Assembly: GCF_963921235.1 (NCBI RefSeq)
Contig: NC_086097.1
Coordinates: 173,974,001 to 174,038,000, forward strand
Direction of reading: 5' to 3'
Length of the DNA: 64,000 nucleotides
Source: Mobula hypostoma
Taxonomy: Eukaryota
Shown here: in pieces, positions 63,601 to 64,000 of the stretch
How the letters are laid out: every line of letters begins with the position of its first letter
How positions within the stretch are numbered: the stretch's first letter is position 1
Made by a program: the position numbers and the translations under genes
The notes under the pieces: model-generated
The model's input: the letters and a program-made list of their open reading frames with translations, nothing else
Told to the model about the DNA's origin: nothing
Databases searched by the model: none

Positions 63601-64000
63601 TTAAACTTTGATTTGCAAACATTATAATCAAACGAGAGTTTGTACTCCAGTTAAAAGTTAATCACAAAGCCACGAACTATCGCAAAGCCTCACAAACAGA
63701 AAATACTAATTTGGCATTGAAGAGGGATATAATGAATATTGTTTATCTTGGAGATGGAACAATGAATTTGGGAGCTGTTTGTCCAGGTGTTCACGTTTGT
63801 GATTTTTTTCAATGATCTTCGGCCTACAATAGTAAAACTAAGATTTTAAATAAAGCTTCTTTCATTAACCCCAGAATAAAGGTTGGACTGTCAGTGTAAA
63901 TTGCACTCTCCCACGTTATTAAATAGGCCAGTGAAACATTTGTGAATAACGTTAACAGGACAGCTGAAATAAATTTGCATCGCCACAGTTTCCAGTGTAT
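57700..64000. promoter_or_regulatory. TE-poor, CpG-retaining non-coding block (possible cis-regulatory domain of a neighbouring gene)
   Basis: No recognisable repeat over ~6 kb, unlike the rest of the window; frequent CpG despite AT-richness; TAAT/ATTA clusters (e.g. ccaattgattaattac at ~58703-58718). Judged by eye only. Confidence 0.4.

Overview
Eukaryotic (vertebrate) genomic DNA. The repeat repertoire (CR1 LINEs with TTCTATG-type tails, Rex-Babar LINEs, Penelope elements, V-SINE and Deu-SINE) points to a cartilaginous fish, probably a ray (inference). No recognisable host protein-coding gene was found. The window opens in a CpG-rich promoter-like segment (~1-600, NRF1 site). About 1.6-57.7 kb is a dense, often nested transposon field: CR1 (one with a fully open 974-aa ORF2 nested in another CR1), L1, RTE, Rex-Babar, a Hero-type RLE non-LTR element, Penelope, hAT-Charlie, Tigger, Tc1, two related solo LTRs, SINEs, a ~43-45 bp minisatellite and a 375-bp inverted duplication. 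It ends in a TE-poor, CpG-retaining block (~57.7-64 kb). The most striking signal is in the 3' UTR of the Hero-type element (minus strand, 21040-20925). All conserved hammerhead-ribozyme core elements (GUA cleavage triplet, CUGAAGA, GAAA) and complementary stems I-III are present, but in a non-circularly permuted (pseudoknotted) order with extra closing helices. Minimal dimer-type hammerheads also occur in the Penelope pseudo-LTRs. Most repeat boundaries are approximate unless a target-site duplication (TSD) is given.
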